64,000 nt of DNA from Candidatus Bathyarchaeia archaeon (GTDB taxonomy: Archaea; Thermoproteota; Bathyarchaeia; Bathyarchaeales; Bathycorpusculaceae). Positions 31,442-40,399 of this stretch are shown in pieces. Position 1 is the first letter of the stretch. Every line of letters begins with the position of its first letter. The notes beneath the pieces were generated by a model. That model was not told the origin of the DNA. It searched no databases and saw nothing but the letters and a program-made list of their open reading frames with translations. The stretch is from NCBI GenBank assembly GCA_050010755.1, contig JBEKKK010000001.1:608001-672000 (forward strand), read 5' to 3'. Position numbers and translations under genes: made by a program.

Positions 31442-32086
31442 TCACCTTAACTTCAGCGGGAAACGCAGGTCGAGTCTTGACAGCATCCTTCCCAGGCCCA
31501 CAGAGCCTGCTATTGCGATTGAAAAAGCAGGTAAAATGATGATGGCGCTGACGGTTGGCTGCAGGACTTGCCAAACGATGGTTGCGTAGGATGCGGCGAC
31601 TGCGAGTGCGAGAGCGATCGTGTAGAGCTTGTACTTGAAACTGGGGATTTTGCTTGATCCTGCTTGAAGTTGGCTCAGCGTCGTGTTGAGCAGGTTTTGT
31701 GCCTGTTTTATCTGTTCATCGGTTGCCAAAGCCGTCATGTTTTTGTCGATGTCTTGGAATTTGAAGCTTGAGAGGGCGTACTTTTGGAGTTCCCAGGGTT
31801 TCTTTTTGGGCAGGATTTTGACTATGCCGTTTTTCTCCATTTTTTTGAGGATGGTTTGGATTTTTCGTACGAGTTGAACGTCGGCTGTTTTCTCTTCTCC
31901 GTACAGTCTCTGTATGATGTTCTTAACGTCTGGAAAGGATAATTCGAGTTGAAAGGATGCTATTGCCTTGGCCAGACCGAACTGATGTTCTCCCTCGCGT
32001 AGGCGTATGCTGCTTAGTTTGTAGTCTGTTTTGAAGGCTTCTTGCAGGAACTGTGCCTCGTCTGGCGTCAGTTTGGGGTCTGACAC
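31442..32086 (-). CDS. Putative winged-helix protein with two C-terminal TM helices
   Basis: VRKIQTILKKMEKNGIVKI recognition helix/wing; hydrophobic C-terminus; GTG start inferred. Confidence 0.7.
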   Translation of the reverse strand: MSDPKLTPDEAQFLQEAFKTDYKLSSIRLREGEHQFGLAKAIASFQLELSFPDVKNIIQRLYGEEKTADVQLVRKIQTILKKMEKNGIVKILPKKKPWELQKYALSSFKFQDIDKNMTALATDEQIKQAQNLLNTTLSQLQAGSSKIPSFKYKLYTIALALAVAASYATIVWQVLQPTVSAIIILPAFSIAIAGSVGLGRMLSRLDLRFPLKLR

Positions 32087-32234
32087 GCTTTGTCGCCTAT
32101 TCAATATTGTCAGTTGAAACAATATAATAAAGGCTTCGTGGTTTGGATACGTATTTTCAATAGTTGGGGGCTTTGCTGGGGTCGTTATCAATTCGTTCAA
32201 CGGAAACAACCGCTAAAATTGTCAATGAGCCTAT

Positions 32235-32603
32235 GTGTATAGCGGGGTGCGAGGTATGGCAAACCGGGTGAGGACCGTGGATATGCTGTTCCTGCCGCCG
32301 AGCAGAAAGTATAATGTGAGTAGTTTGCAGCCCTTGCACAAGAAGTATCGGAGCCACTTTGAAATCATCGGTTTGGTGCTTGAGGCCGTGAAGGCTGAGA
32401 GCGCCACTCCCTTCTCCATCATGAAGCATGCGGGCGTCAACTTCATGCAGCTGAAGAAGTACTTGAAGTCTCTGACTGAGATTGGGTTTCTTGAGGTTGA
32501 AATCAGGAGAAGCACTATTCTGTACAGGTCCAGCAAGGAAGGTCTTGAATTTCTGAGGCAGTATTACACTCTGGTTGATATGCTATTGACTGCGAGAGCC
32601 TAG
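32235..32603 (+). CDS. Archaeal winged-helix regulator (HTH_45-like)
   Basis: YRSHFEIIGLVLEA...IMKHAGVNFMQLKKYLKSL...GLEFLRQY. Confidence 0.85.
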   Translation: MYSGVRGMANRVRTVDMLFLPPSRKYNVSSLQPLHKKYRSHFEIIGLVLEAVKAESATPFSIMKHAGVNFMQLKKYLKSLTEIGFLEVEIRRSTILYRSSKEGLEFLRQYYTLVDMLLTARA

Positions 32604-32810
32604 GGCAGCAGAAGATTTTCTAGCGCTGTTGATGCGGGTTTGGGCAGGTTTTAGGGTTGCCTCTAGGTTGAAGTGTAAATGTTCTAGGGTGGGAGTTGTG
32701 TTTTGAATTCGAGGTTTGGGTTTGTGTGTGGCGTTTGCAACAAACCTTAAACGAGACTTGTGTGAATGTTAATTTGAACGCGCAGTTGAGGTTTGTTGGG
32801 GGCATATGAT

Positions 32811-33338
32811 ATGGGAAAGAGGGAGACTGAACTTAGTATTGTTCGTGAGTTGGTGAAGGGTGCGAGGAGGAGTGACCGTGAGATTGCTAAGGTAGTGGGT
32901 GTTTCTCAGCCTACGGTGAGCAGGTTCGTCAAGAAGTTGGAGGGTCAGGGTCTTATCAGGGAGTACACGATTATTCCCAAGTTGAGTAAGATGGGGTATG
33001 AGCTGTTGGTGTTTACTTTTCTTTCGTTTGCTGAGGATAGGCCGGAGCTTTTTGAGAAGGCGAGAGAGTGGACTAGTAAGCAGCCGTGTGTGATTTTTGC
33101 GGGAAATGGGGAAGGGTGTGGGAGTAACAGCATTATGGTGTCGATTCATGAGGATTATACGAGTTACACGAATCTTATTACTCAGCTTAAGCGGGATTGG
33201 CAGCCGAATCTTACGGGTGAGCAGAGTTTCGTTATAAGTCTTAACAGGTCGGATCAGATGATAAAACAGTTTTCTTTCAAGTATCTGATGGAAAACCGTG
33301 CTCCTCGTCCGATGGCGTCCGTTTCGCCCGGCACGTAA
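32811..33338 (+). CDS. Lrp/AsnC-family transcriptional regulator
   Basis: ARRSDREIAKVVGVSQPTVSR...LEGQGLIREYTIIP..SKMGY. Confidence 0.88.
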   Translation: MGKRETELSIVRELVKGARRSDREIAKVVGVSQPTVSRFVKKLEGQGLIREYTIIPKLSKMGYELLVFTFLSFAEDRPELFEKAREWTSKQPCVIFAGNGEGCGSNSIMVSIHEDYTSYTNLITQLKRDWQPNLTGEQSFVISLNRSDQMIKQFSFKYLMENRAPRPMASVSPGT

Positions 33339-33449
33339 GACGTTTCATCTTTTCGAAGGTTTGGCGCGCTGGACTCTGCTAATGTTGGACCCTGCTCTCT
33401 TTGAGTTTGGATCAGAGACCCTTTCGGGTTTCAAGGCTTCGGGCTGAAG

Positions 33450-33915
33450 GGTGCCCCCTCCCTTTTTTTCTTTACATCCGTTGTAATGTTGCTGTGTAAT
33501 GTTGCAGTGTAAGTTTCCATGTTGGTGGTGTGCATGAGCCTTTAGGGGTTAGTGCTGGTTCTTCTTGATGGTTTTTGTTGGATTTTGGTGCTTGTCTGCC
33601 TCTTCGATTCATGGAAGATTGGGTTTGTCGGAACGCGTTCGGCCCCTCCCTTTTTTTCTTTACATCTGATGTAATGTATTCGTGTAATGGATCCACATGT
33701 GTGTCCATGTTGCTCGCGGGTGTTTCTAAAAAGGGTTAAAAATGGCACGTGCGTTAGAGTCGGCCCCACTCTCTGTGAGTTTAGGTTTGGCATTGTGTTG
33801 GATTGCAAGATGTCAAGGGTTAACGGTGGCCCCCGCCTTTTTTTCTTTACGTCCGTTGTAATGTGTGTGCGTAATGTGTGTGCGTAAATTTTCATGTTGC
33901 GCCTTGACGAAGAGT
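33450..33915 (-). repeat. Right cluster of 187-188-bp-period repeats (3 units), inverted relative to the left cluster
   Basis: Cores TTACRTCYGWTGTAA at 33472, 33660 and 33847, each preceded on + by a C-rich run and a T-run. Confidence 0.88.
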
Positions 33916-33949
33916 TGGAGATGTGTTTTGATTTTGTGAGGGGTTGTGT

Positions 33950-34387
33950 TTATTGGAGGGTTTTTTCGATCCACGCTTTTATTTTGATTTCTGCGTTTGT
34001 TGGGTAGTTGTAGCTCAGCTTCAGTGCGGTTTCGTTTGCTATTCGGGTGAACAGTGTTATGGATGCGTTCAGCGATTTTTGAGTGTCTTCTTTGTCGTAG
34101 TGTGCGAATGTTTTTCTGAGTTCATCGATTACTCCGGGTTCGGCCCATTCTTCGAGGAAGCGTCCGCGGAACCATGTGTCCTGTTTTCCGTCGCTATTTG
34201 CGAGTGCGTGCCATTCTATCATCGTTTTCATCAGGTCCTGGAGTCGACAGTTCAGGCAGAATGCGGTCCACCATAGTTCGCCTCGGCGAAGATGTTTTGC
34301 CGTGAAGACTGCGTGATAGAGGAAATCGCTGACGATGTCCTGAAATTCCTGCTGAGAGGGTTTTTGGGAGCCTTTTTTCTGGTTTGA
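33950..34387 (-). pseudogene. 5'-truncated aminoglycoside 6-adenylyltransferase-like (ANT(6)/AadE family) fragment
   Basis: PSQQEFQDIVSDFLYHAVFTAKHLRRGELW...MIEWH...DTWFRGRFLEEWA; in-frame TAG immediately upstream and nucleotidyltransferase domain missing. Confidence 0.75.
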
Positions 34388-34498
34388 CTATTTTTTTCTT
34401 TTTTGTGTTTGTAGTATGGCGTTTTTCCTAATTGTTGGAACTCGTGGGTTTAAAGCTTAAAAACTGATGGCATAATAGTTCTGGGGGGTTGGGTAGAA

Positions 34499-35464
34499 AT
34501 GTTGAAGTCCAGTTTGAAGCAGACGAATGAAAGGTACAAACTGTTTGGTTTGAAGGAGTTGAGGACGGTTGCAAAAGTTGAAGCAACTCTGCTTAGGAGC
34601 GCGCGTGAATGGCTTGACAGGAACGGCTTCATGGAGGTTATCGTGCCGCACGTGGTTAATGCGACTGGTTCATGTGAGATTGTTGATACGCTGTTCAGGG
34701 TTCCGTATTTTGGCAAGGATGCTTATTTGACGCAGACGGGCCAGTTGTATCTGGAGGCGTTGGTTCCTTTTCTGGGCGGCAAGGTTTGGACGTTCGGCAG
34801 CAGCTTCCGCGCGGAGCCAAGGGCTGATGACAGGCATTTGACCGAGTTTTCGCTCTTGGAGTTGGAATTTGAAGGCGATTTTAACGCGTTGTTGAACACG
34901 ATTGAAGACATGTTTAGCAGCATGATGGCGGCCGTGCAAGAGCTACCTGAAGTGATGAACTGGATGAACCTGAAACATCCATTCAAACGGATGCGCTATG
35001 AAGACGCGATTGCCGAGTTGGGATTGACTTTTGGCATGGACACGACTTCTGCCGACGAGAAGAAACTGTTGGAAAACAACGATGACCAGCCGATGTTCAT
35101 TACACATTTTCCGAAAGACCTGAAGTATTTTAACATGCGACAGAACGATGCTGACTCACGCATTGTGAACAGTGCAGACTTTCTGTTGCCTTTTGGCGGG
35201 GAAAGCGCGGGTGCAGCTGAAAGAGAGTTTAACCCGAACAAGCTAAGGCAAAGACTTGTCGAGTCGGGAATGTGGACGCAGTTCATCGGGGACGGCGGGG
35301 ACAAGCACGCTTTCGACTGGTACTTAGACGCTTATCAAAAGTATGATTACAAGCTGCATTCCGGCTTCGGTATGGGTATCAACCGCGTGACCAAGTACGT
35401 GTTGCAGTTGGATGATATTAGGGCAACGACGGTTTATCCGACCAACGCGGAAACAATTTACTAA
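34499..35464 (+). CDS. asnA: Archaeal asparagine synthetase A (AsnRS-like, lacks anticodon-binding domain)
   Basis: ATGSCE, YLTQTGQLYLE, SFRAEP, RHLTEF, HSGFGMG; no N-terminal OB fold. Confidence 0.82.
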   Translation: MLKSSLKQTNERYKLFGLKELRTVAKVEATLLRSAREWLDRNGFMEVIVPHVVNATGSCEIVDTLFRVPYFGKDAYLTQTGQLYLEALVPFLGGKVWTFGSSFRAEPRADDRHLTEFSLLELEFEGDFNALLNTIEDMFSSMMAAVQELPEVMNWMNLKHPFKRMRYEDAIAELGLTFGMDTTSADEKKLLENNDDQPMFITHFPKDLKYFNMRQNDADSRIVNSADFLLPFGGESAGAAEREFNPNKLRQRLVESGMWTQFIGDGGDKHAFDWYLDAYQKYDYKLHSGFGMGINRVTKYVLQLDDIRATTVYPTNAETIY

Positions 35465-35466
35465 GG

Positions 35467-35500
35467 CGCTAGTTCGCGGGGCGCCCGCGTCCGAGCGCTT
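35467..35500. terminator. GC-rich hairpin between convergent genes
   Basis: GCGCT..CGCGGG-GCG-CCCGCG..AGCGC inverted repeat. Confidence 0.45.
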
Positions 35501-35502
35501 CA

Positions 35503-35919
35503 TCAAATTCTCTTTTTTTGGAGGGTTGCGATTGTTTCGTAGGCAAAGTATGTGGCAGCTAGTGCCAGCATCGTGGTTGAAAACAGGTATTCTCTTGTGA
35601 TTTGAGTTGGTTTGAACAAGACTATTTGAAGTAGGACGGATGTGGTGAAGGCTGCGAAGTAGAAGAGATATTTGGGGAAAAGGAGCTGACGGAACCTCAC
35701 GAAGTTTTCAAGCACCAGTTTTTCTACGATGTATCCCTCGGGAGTCTGTTTCAATAGTCCTGCTTGTTCCAGTTTTTCTAGGTGGAAGGCTGCAAGCGTG
35801 GGGCTGCTCAGTTTAAGTGCTCTCTGGACTTCTCTGATGCCTATGGGTTTTCTCTGTTTTATGGCGTACCTGTAGACTCTGACGGTGTTACCGGTTAATA
35901 CGTCGTGTTCGTCTTTCAT
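35503..35919 (-). CDS. HTH regulator with two C-terminal TM helices
   Basis: VYRYAIKQRKPIGIREVQRALKLSSPTLAAFHLEKL; hydrophobic C-terminus; paralog of 47234-47671. Confidence 0.85.
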   Translation of the reverse strand: MKDEHDVLTGNTVRVYRYAIKQRKPIGIREVQRALKLSSPTLAAFHLEKLEQAGLLKQTPEGYIVEKLVLENFVRFRQLLFPKYLFYFAAFTTSVLLQIVLFKPTQITREYLFSTTMLALAATYFAYETIATLQKKRI

Positions 35920-35971
35920 GTTTCAGTCAACTCATTAGTGACTAGTCTTTGAATGTTATTCTAGCTATCTA

Positions 35972-35998
35972 TGTACAACGGACTTGTACAACTGTACA
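35972..35998. promoter_or_regulatory. Putative operator: three TGTACA hexamers in a divergent promoter
   Basis: TGTACA at 35972, 35985 and 35993; equivalent triplet at 47160-47187. Confidence 0.5.
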
Positions 35999-36037
35999 AG
36001 TGTAAAGGATTAAGACGGACTTCTCAAATATGCTGAA

Positions 36038-36856
36038 GTGGTGAAAGCTTTGAGTCTATCGAAGAAAAAGGTGACAATATACGCGGTTGCTGGAGTATTG
36101 GCAGTTTGTCTTTTTGTTGCAACTCTGTTCTATCTTGTTCCAAACAATTCTCAAATGGGCTCAGTCGTGTTCGCAATGGGTCCTTCCGACTCTTCGTCAC
36201 CCAACGGTGTGTACTCTATGGGGTTTATTCTCGGTGTGACATTTGCCAATGGGAGTTATACGCAAAATTCTGGCGAATTAAACTCTACAGATATTCAACA
36301 GATTGAGTTCGATCCGACCAACGCGTACGGCGGACTTGTCACCATTTCGGATCCTTATTATTGCGCGTTCCAGTTTGCCAACGATTATCAGATCTTTACG
36401 GGAGTGACAGGCGAAACCCCGGTAGACCTAGGTATGGTTGATGTCGTGAACACCACACAGTCCTTCGTCACGGCGAATAAAGAATTGCCACCGCCACACT
36501 ACGTGGTTCCAGGTCTCCCAGATTATGTGGTCCAGTATAATTATACAGGTTACTGGACCAGTTGGGAAACTGCTCTCCCTCCCAGCTCTATGGCCGCCTC
36601 CCGTTGGGCGATGAATATCACGCAGATCCAGAGCATCCTTGCCAACGCGACAGACCCTGTTAATATAGTGTTCAACTTAGACCTGACCAGTACATGCTTT
36701 TATCAGCTCACAACATCGGGTGGCACCCAGGCCGGCACCGCTACTGAGCAGTATTCGGGGCCAGCTGCAACTCTTCAACTCTTTCATGAAGGGGACCAAC
36801 TGGTGGGATTACAATTCAACTCTTCAACTGTCAGCGTCTCGATGACAGTATCGTAG
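36038..36856 (+). CDS. Membrane-anchored extracellular beta-rich protein
   Basis: N-terminal TM; S/T/N-rich; C-terminal half similar to 46238-47110. Confidence 0.75.
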   Translation: MVKALSLSKKKVTIYAVAGVLAVCLFVATLFYLVPNNSQMGSVVFAMGPSDSSSPNGVYSMGFILGVTFANGSYTQNSGELNSTDIQQIEFDPTNAYGGLVTISDPYYCAFQFANDYQIFTGVTGETPVDLGMVDVVNTTQSFVTANKELPPPHYVVPGLPDYVVQYNYTGYWTSWETALPPSSMAASRWAMNITQIQSILANATDPVNIVFNLDLTSTCFYQLTTSGGTQAGTATEQYSGPAATLQLFHEGDQLVGLQFNSSTVSVSMTVS

Positions 36857-36897
36857 CCTTTGCGAGCGTAATCGTATTAGCCTATCAAAGTGGTCGA

Positions 36898-37635
36898 ATG
36901 GTTGACCAAAAAGTGCGCGACATAATAGTGCTTGTTGTGTTGCTAACCTGTGTCTTGACCTCCACTCTTAATTGCGCCAAGGCTCAAGAGCAAGAATCTG
37001 TCACACTTTACATCGTTAACCCACTTACAGGGAACGGCTCATTCAACGTCAACGACTATGCGGTCAACAGCGTTTTCACAGTTGATTTCTACATAGGCAC
37101 CGTTACAAACCTTGTTGCATGGCAGATACGCTTAACATACAACCGCACTCTGATTCAGTACGACGCAGCATGGTTCCCCGAAAATAACGCGTTCGAGATG
37201 GCAGCAAAAAGTGGCGCAACGCCGTTGTGGGAGGTATTGAACAACGTGAACAATGCCTCTGAAGTGGGAGATTTGGCAATAATAATGACGAGTTCATACC
37301 CTCCTGACAATTCTGCTCAATATCCAGTTAATGTCACGTCGAAAGATCCTTTGTGCGAAGTCAACTTCACGATTGTGTCACATGGTGGCGACACTCAACT
37401 CGACTTCGTCAACGCTCCGTTAAAGGGCACTGTCGTTTCTCCTGAATTCATGTTGTCTGACTACACGACGTGCGTCGAAACGACCAGCGGCACATATCCC
37501 GCAGGCGGACAACCTGCAACAATTGACGATTTTGCTGAAGTGTCTGAAGCTTCGGCGATGCTTGTCCTGATAATGATTCCGGCAACGTCGGCTTTTGCCC
37601 TCGCGCGAAGACGAATGAAGAGATACCATCCGTGA
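36898..37635 (+). CDS. Cohesin-domain surface protein with C-terminal TM anchor
   Basis: Signal peptide; FTVDFYIGTVTNLVAWQIRLTYN, LCEVNFTI; PEF-like VSE plus TM and RRRMKR. Confidence 0.7.
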   Translation: MVDQKVRDIIVLVVLLTCVLTSTLNCAKAQEQESVTLYIVNPLTGNGSFNVNDYAVNSVFTVDFYIGTVTNLVAWQIRLTYNRTLIQYDAAWFPENNAFEMAAKSGATPLWEVLNNVNNASEVGDLAIIMTSSYPPDNSAQYPVNVTSKDPLCEVNFTIVSHGGDTQLDFVNAPLKGTVVSPEFMLSDYTTCVETTSGTYPAGGQPATIDDFAEVSEASAMLVLIMIPATSAFALARRRMKRYHP

Positions 37636-37731
37636 TCCAAGATCCTGGCGCACGCGCTGGAGAAATCATAAACTTGCCAGCGCATTCATTTTTATAAGCT
37701 GATTTCTTAACTAAGTTAGCGAGGGTTCCTG

Positions 37732-38808
37732 TTGGGTCGCAAGCTGACTTACGCCGGCGCTGGCGTTGATAGAGATTTACGGGCTGAATCTAAGAAGGCT
37801 TTGAGCGTTCTGAAAAGAACTTACGGGTTTAGCAGGTATGGCAAAGTTGTCGAACTCCCTTATGGCAGGATATTTCCCTTTGGCGATTGCTATTTGGACC
37901 TGGTCATCGAGGGTGTGGGCACTAAGGTGCTAGTGGCTCAGCTTGCTGACAGGTTTGACACTATAGGCGTTGACGGTGTGGCCGTGGCGGTTAACGATGT
38001 GATTCGTTCTGGAGCGAGGCCGCTTGCGGTGGCGGATAACATTCATGCTCAGGTTTCTGATCCAAAATTGATTTCGGAGTTTATGAAGGGGATTGTGAAG
38101 GGCGCGGAGGATGCTGAGTGTGTGGTGCCTAGCGGCGAGATCGGCGATGTTGTCGAACTCATCAAAGGTTTGACAGAGGGCAAGGGTTTCGACATGGTGT
38201 TCGCCTCTGTCGGTGCGGTGGCCAAGGACAAGGTTATCTGGGGCAAGAATGTGAAGCCTGGAGATGTGATAGTGGGTTTGCGGAGTTCGGGAGTTCACAG
38301 TAACGGTATCTCTCTTGTTAGGAGGGTGTTGTTTAAGCGGTGGGGTGGAAAGTTTGAGGCTGATATGGTTCCTGAGGGTTTGGACAGGGCTGTGGTTGAG
38401 GAGGTTTTGGAGCCAACCGTGATATACGTTAAGCCTTTTCTGGCTGTTGCGGAGAAGGTTGAAGTCAAGGCCGCGGTGCATGTGACGGGTGACGCTTATC
38501 TGAAGTTTAACAGGCTCCGAGAGTTTTCAGGAGACATAGGGTTCGAGTTTGACAATTTTGAGCCTCAGCCGATATTCAGTTTAATTCAGAGGTCGGCTGC
38601 GGAGTTGGGAGGGTCGATTTCGGATGAGGAGATGTTTAAGACGTTTAACATGGGATGGGGCTTCGCCCTCATAGTCGACAAGGAAGACTGTGAGAAGACG
38701 CTGAATATTCTTAAGCGGGCAGGCACTGAGGCCGAGAAGGTAGGCTGCGTGACAAGTGGAGAAGGGGTCAAGGTTCGTTACAAGAACAGAAAGATTGCTT
38801 TGAACTAA
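37732..38808 (+). CDS. purM: Phosphoribosylformylglycinamidine cyclo-ligase (AIR synthase)
   Basis: TYAGAGVD, EGVGTK, VNDV, SSGVHSNG, HVTG, TFNMGWG. Confidence 0.95.
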   Translation: MGRKLTYAGAGVDRDLRAESKKALSVLKRTYGFSRYGKVVELPYGRIFPFGDCYLDLVIEGVGTKVLVAQLADRFDTIGVDGVAVAVNDVIRSGARPLAVADNIHAQVSDPKLISEFMKGIVKGAEDAECVVPSGEIGDVVELIKGLTEGKGFDMVFASVGAVAKDKVIWGKNVKPGDVIVGLRSSGVHSNGISLVRRVLFKRWGGKFEADMVPEGLDRAVVEEVLEPTVIYVKPFLAVAEKVEVKAAVHVTGDAYLKFNRLREFSGDIGFEFDNFEPQPIFSLIQRSAAELGGSISDEEMFKTFNMGWGFALIVDKEDCEKTLNILKRAGTEAEKVGCVTSGEGVKVRYKNRKIALN

Positions 38809-39032
38809 CTTTCATCTGCTCGTCTATGAGATTTCCTTCTCATATTTTCAGGGTGCGAGCTTCTGATGCTATGTCGAGGTAAAGCAATGCTTTTGCGACG
38901 GGGATTATTACAACCCAGAAGAATATGAGCAGCAAGGGGAATTGTAGGCAAGCGGCGCGAATTTGGTATGCCAAGCTCCTTTGATTACTCGGGCGCGCGG
39001 AATCAAGGCTGCTAGCGGCCATGTTCAAGCGA

Positions 39033-39899
39033 TCACGATTTCGATTTTCTTCTCGAATAGGCATGTTTTCTTACCCAAACGATTGCGACGGCAACGACTG
39101 CAATCACGACAATTATGATTATTATGATTGGAAGAGAAATTGGTGAAGTAGTTATGAGAGAAGTAGTGGAGAACTGGGCGTTGTCAATGTAGACTTCTGC
39201 CTGTTGTAAATTCACGTTTGCTGTTGGAATACCCACCTGTAAGGCGTTGACTTCACCGATAGCACTGTTGTTCAGGTTTGTCTCTTGTATTAGCATTGCA
39301 CCGTTTACCCATAAGGTTGACCATCCATGAGTTGAATCGACGAATCCTCCGGCCGTCACCGTGTACCACGTGTCCAATTTTGGCAGATGAGACGCGGTGG
39401 GAATGCAATGAAAAATTTGGTTCCCATCTCGATAATGCAAGCACCATTCGGGGACTCCGTCAACAAGAGTTATCGCTGCACAGGCAATAGCGTTCCCCTC
39501 TTGCGATCCTCGTAGTCTAAGAAATCTGGTCATTTGGGCAGATCCATTGTTTGTCCATACGGGATCTCCGAAGCTGACAAAATAAACCTCGCAACTGGCG
39601 TATGCAGTTTGCAAAGCGGTGGCAAAATCTTTCTCTACGTAAGCTGAGCCGCCATTCGAAGCAGAGCTGGCGGTGCAATGTAACGAATAATTGTCGCCAG
39701 CAGCAACGATGGAGCTTGAAATGTTGATAGATCCACTCGCGACCACTTGACGGGTCCACAAGCCACCATCAGTGACATCAATGCCTTTGCTGTTTGCCCA
39801 AGTGTCCGAAAACGTTACCGATGAGGCATGTGCTGCCAATACAAGAATTACGATTAAGATGTCAACGATCAGAATGTTTAGCAAATTTTTCATAATCAA
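39033..39899 (-). CDS. Secreted concanavalin-A/polysaccharide-lyase-like beta-sandwich protein with C-terminal TM
   Basis: Signal peptide; GDNYSLHC, LDTWYTV, TLWVNG, VYIDN; TM plus basic tail. Confidence 0.65.
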   Translation of the reverse strand: MIMKNLLNILIVDILIVILVLAAHASSVTFSDTWANSKGIDVTDGGLWTRQVVASGSINISSSIVAAGDNYSLHCTASSASNGGSAYVEKDFATALQTAYASCEVYFVSFGDPVWTNNGSAQMTRFLRLRGSQEGNAIACAAITLVDGVPEWCLHYRDGNQIFHCIPTASHLPKLDTWYTVTAGGFVDSTHGWSTLWVNGAMLIQETNLNNSAIGEVNALQVGIPTANVNLQQAEVYIDNAQFSTTSLITTSPISLPIIIIIIVVIAVVAVAIVWVRKHAYSRRKSKS

Positions 39900-40102
39900 A
39901 ATCTTCCTTAATTATGAATAGCAGGACCTAATTAATAATTTTTTTCTGAAGGAGGCAATTATAAATTGAGCATGAACACGGGCAGCATATGTTTCCTTTG
40001 GATAATGTAAACCTAGATTTGAAACGCTAAAGACGAAGATGTCGGTTTTGGACTGAATAATTCGTAAGTGAAACCGCTCGTGCTCGTCAGTAGGCGCGCG
40101 CG

Positions 40103-40259
40103 TGTGCAGATTGCGAACCCTGTTGAAGAAGAGAAACTCAAACGTGCTATTGTTCAGATTCGGGATTTGGGTTTGGCTTCTCACATTACTGATCCCGGCG
40201 GTGGGGGCTTATCTTCTGCGGTGGGTGAGACGGCGAACAAGTACGGTTGCGGAGCGGTG
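40103..40259 (+). pseudogene. Diverged internal purL fragment bounded by (CG)n runs
   Basis: VQIANPVEEEKLKRAIVQIRDLGLASHITDPGGGGLSSAVGETANKYGCGAV versus purL VQIANPVEEEKLKRAIVQVRDLRLASGITDLGGGGLSSAVGETANKYGRGAV. Confidence 0.9.
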
Positions 40260-40270
40260 GCGCGCGCGCG

Positions 40271-40389
40271 ACAGAACCGCAGCAGGTGTTTTGGGCAAGA
40301 TGGGCATGGCGGCTGAGGTGATAGGTCGCGTGACGCATGCCGAAGGGGTCAAGATTCTTTACAAGAACAAGAAGATTGCTCTGAAGTAA
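40271..40389 (+). pseudogene. Diverged purM 3'-end fragment
   Basis: AEVIGRVTHAEGVKILYKNKKIALK* versus purM AEKVGCVTSGEGVKVRYKNRKIALN*. Confidence 0.85.
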
Positions 40390-40399
40390 CCTTTGCATT

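Noticed and set aside
33472-33895. ORFs 33472-33708 and 33542-33895 sharing ITxDVKKKRxGP as a peptide family
   Set aside because: The similarity comes from the DNA repeat: the 13-bp internal period is not a multiple of 3, one unit has ATC instead of ATG, and frames diverge after the motif.
29110-33915. 188-bp-period repeats as a CRISPR array
   Set aside because: Units are ~75 bp and degenerate, linkers are ~110 bp, and the two clusters are inverted homologs, which is not CRISPR geometry.
34499-35464. Asparaginyl-tRNA synthetase
   Set aside because: It lacks the N-terminal anticodon-binding OB domain and fits the AsnRS-like asparagine synthetase better.
40068-40389. ORFs 40068-40316 and 40102-40389 as functional genes
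   Set aside because: They are chimeras of purL and purM fragments in different frames joined at CG runs.
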